Positions 63,736 to 64,000 of a DNA stretch of 64,000 nucleotides are shown one piece after another. Made by a program: the position numbers and the translations under genes. The notes below the pieces were generated by a model, which saw only the letters and a program-made list of their open reading frames with translations, did not search any database and had not been told where the DNA came from. How positions within the stretch are numbered: position 1 is the first letter of the stretch; the number at the start of each line of letters is the position of its first letter. Origin of the DNA: an uncultured delta proteobacterium (GTDB lineage: Bacteria > Desulfobacterota > Binatia > UBA9968); assembly GCA_963728565.1 (NCBI GenBank), contig CAVSLC010000022.1:1-64000 (forward strand). Reading direction: 5' to 3'.

Positions 63736-64000
63736 TCATTCTGCGTTTTGACTTTGAGTCCTGACTCGCCCCAGCCCCAGATTGGTTTTTCCCCGATAGG
63801 TGGGATAGCCTTCACGTTCCAAAATCTCCCGCAACGTTTCTTCGCCACCGCCGTCGCAGCGCGTCGACACTCCGACGCTGATCACCGTATCTACTTCGCG
63901 GGACAGCTCTTTGATCTTTCTCAAGATCCAAGGCACTTCTGCCAATCTCGTTTTGATCTCCACGATTGCCGAAAGAACCTTCTCGTTGAGGATCTCCGGC
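63736..64000 (-). CDS. C-terminus of a conserved protein, probably 4Fe-4S-binding (5' end outside window)
   Basis: PEILNEKVLSAIVE...KTNLGLGR, recalled from a family annotated as 4Fe-4S binding proteins; no Fe-S motif visible in the window. Confidence 0.6.
   Translation of the reverse strand, partial: PEILNEKVLSAIVEIKTRLAEVPWILRKIKELSREVDTVISVGVSTRCDGGGEETLREILEREGYPTYRGKTNLGLGRVRTQSQNAE

Noticed and set aside
1-64000. About 20 frameshifts read as pseudogenes or programmed frameshifting
   Set aside because: They are single-base indels scattered over unrelated genes whose halves are otherwise intact, with no shared slippery motif; uncorrected long-read error is the simplest explanation and needs read-level checking

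Overview
A 64 kb bacterial chromosomal segment of moderately high GC, with no rRNA, tRNA, CRISPR array, prophage or transposase that I can recognise. The content suggests a large-genome soil/sediment organism resembling Candidatus Binatia (inference from gene content only): six stand-alone NMT1/SsuA-type binding proteins, four amidohydrolases, Bug and TRAP transporters, flavin/F420-type oxidoreductases and cyclase-STAND-TPR proteins. Recognisable genes include a TPP enzyme, two tandem zinc-ribbon/class III cyclase/AAA/TPR genes, a large class A PBP, a LigC-type ligase, a MetE C-terminal-type enzyme, RNase HI, SelO/YdiU, DAHP synthase, tartronate semialdehyde reductase, an MltD-like enzyme, glcD-glcF-glcE, two TRAP operons and an amidase. 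About 20 single-base frameshifts split otherwise intact genes and are probably long-read indel errors. Top observation: selO ends ...YRTF-TGA-GGC-ACC-TGA, with UGA where this subfamily has the Cys of YRTFCGT, followed by a SECIS-like hairpin. This makes it a candidate selenocysteine-containing bacterial SelO. Other leads are a gene-converted tandem cyclase-STAND pair with non-canonical specificity residues, a signal-less Cys/His-bearing binding-protein-fold protein, an uncharacterised Cys-rich gene pair heading a TRAP operon, a tandem MITE-like element and several short-period intergenic repeat families.
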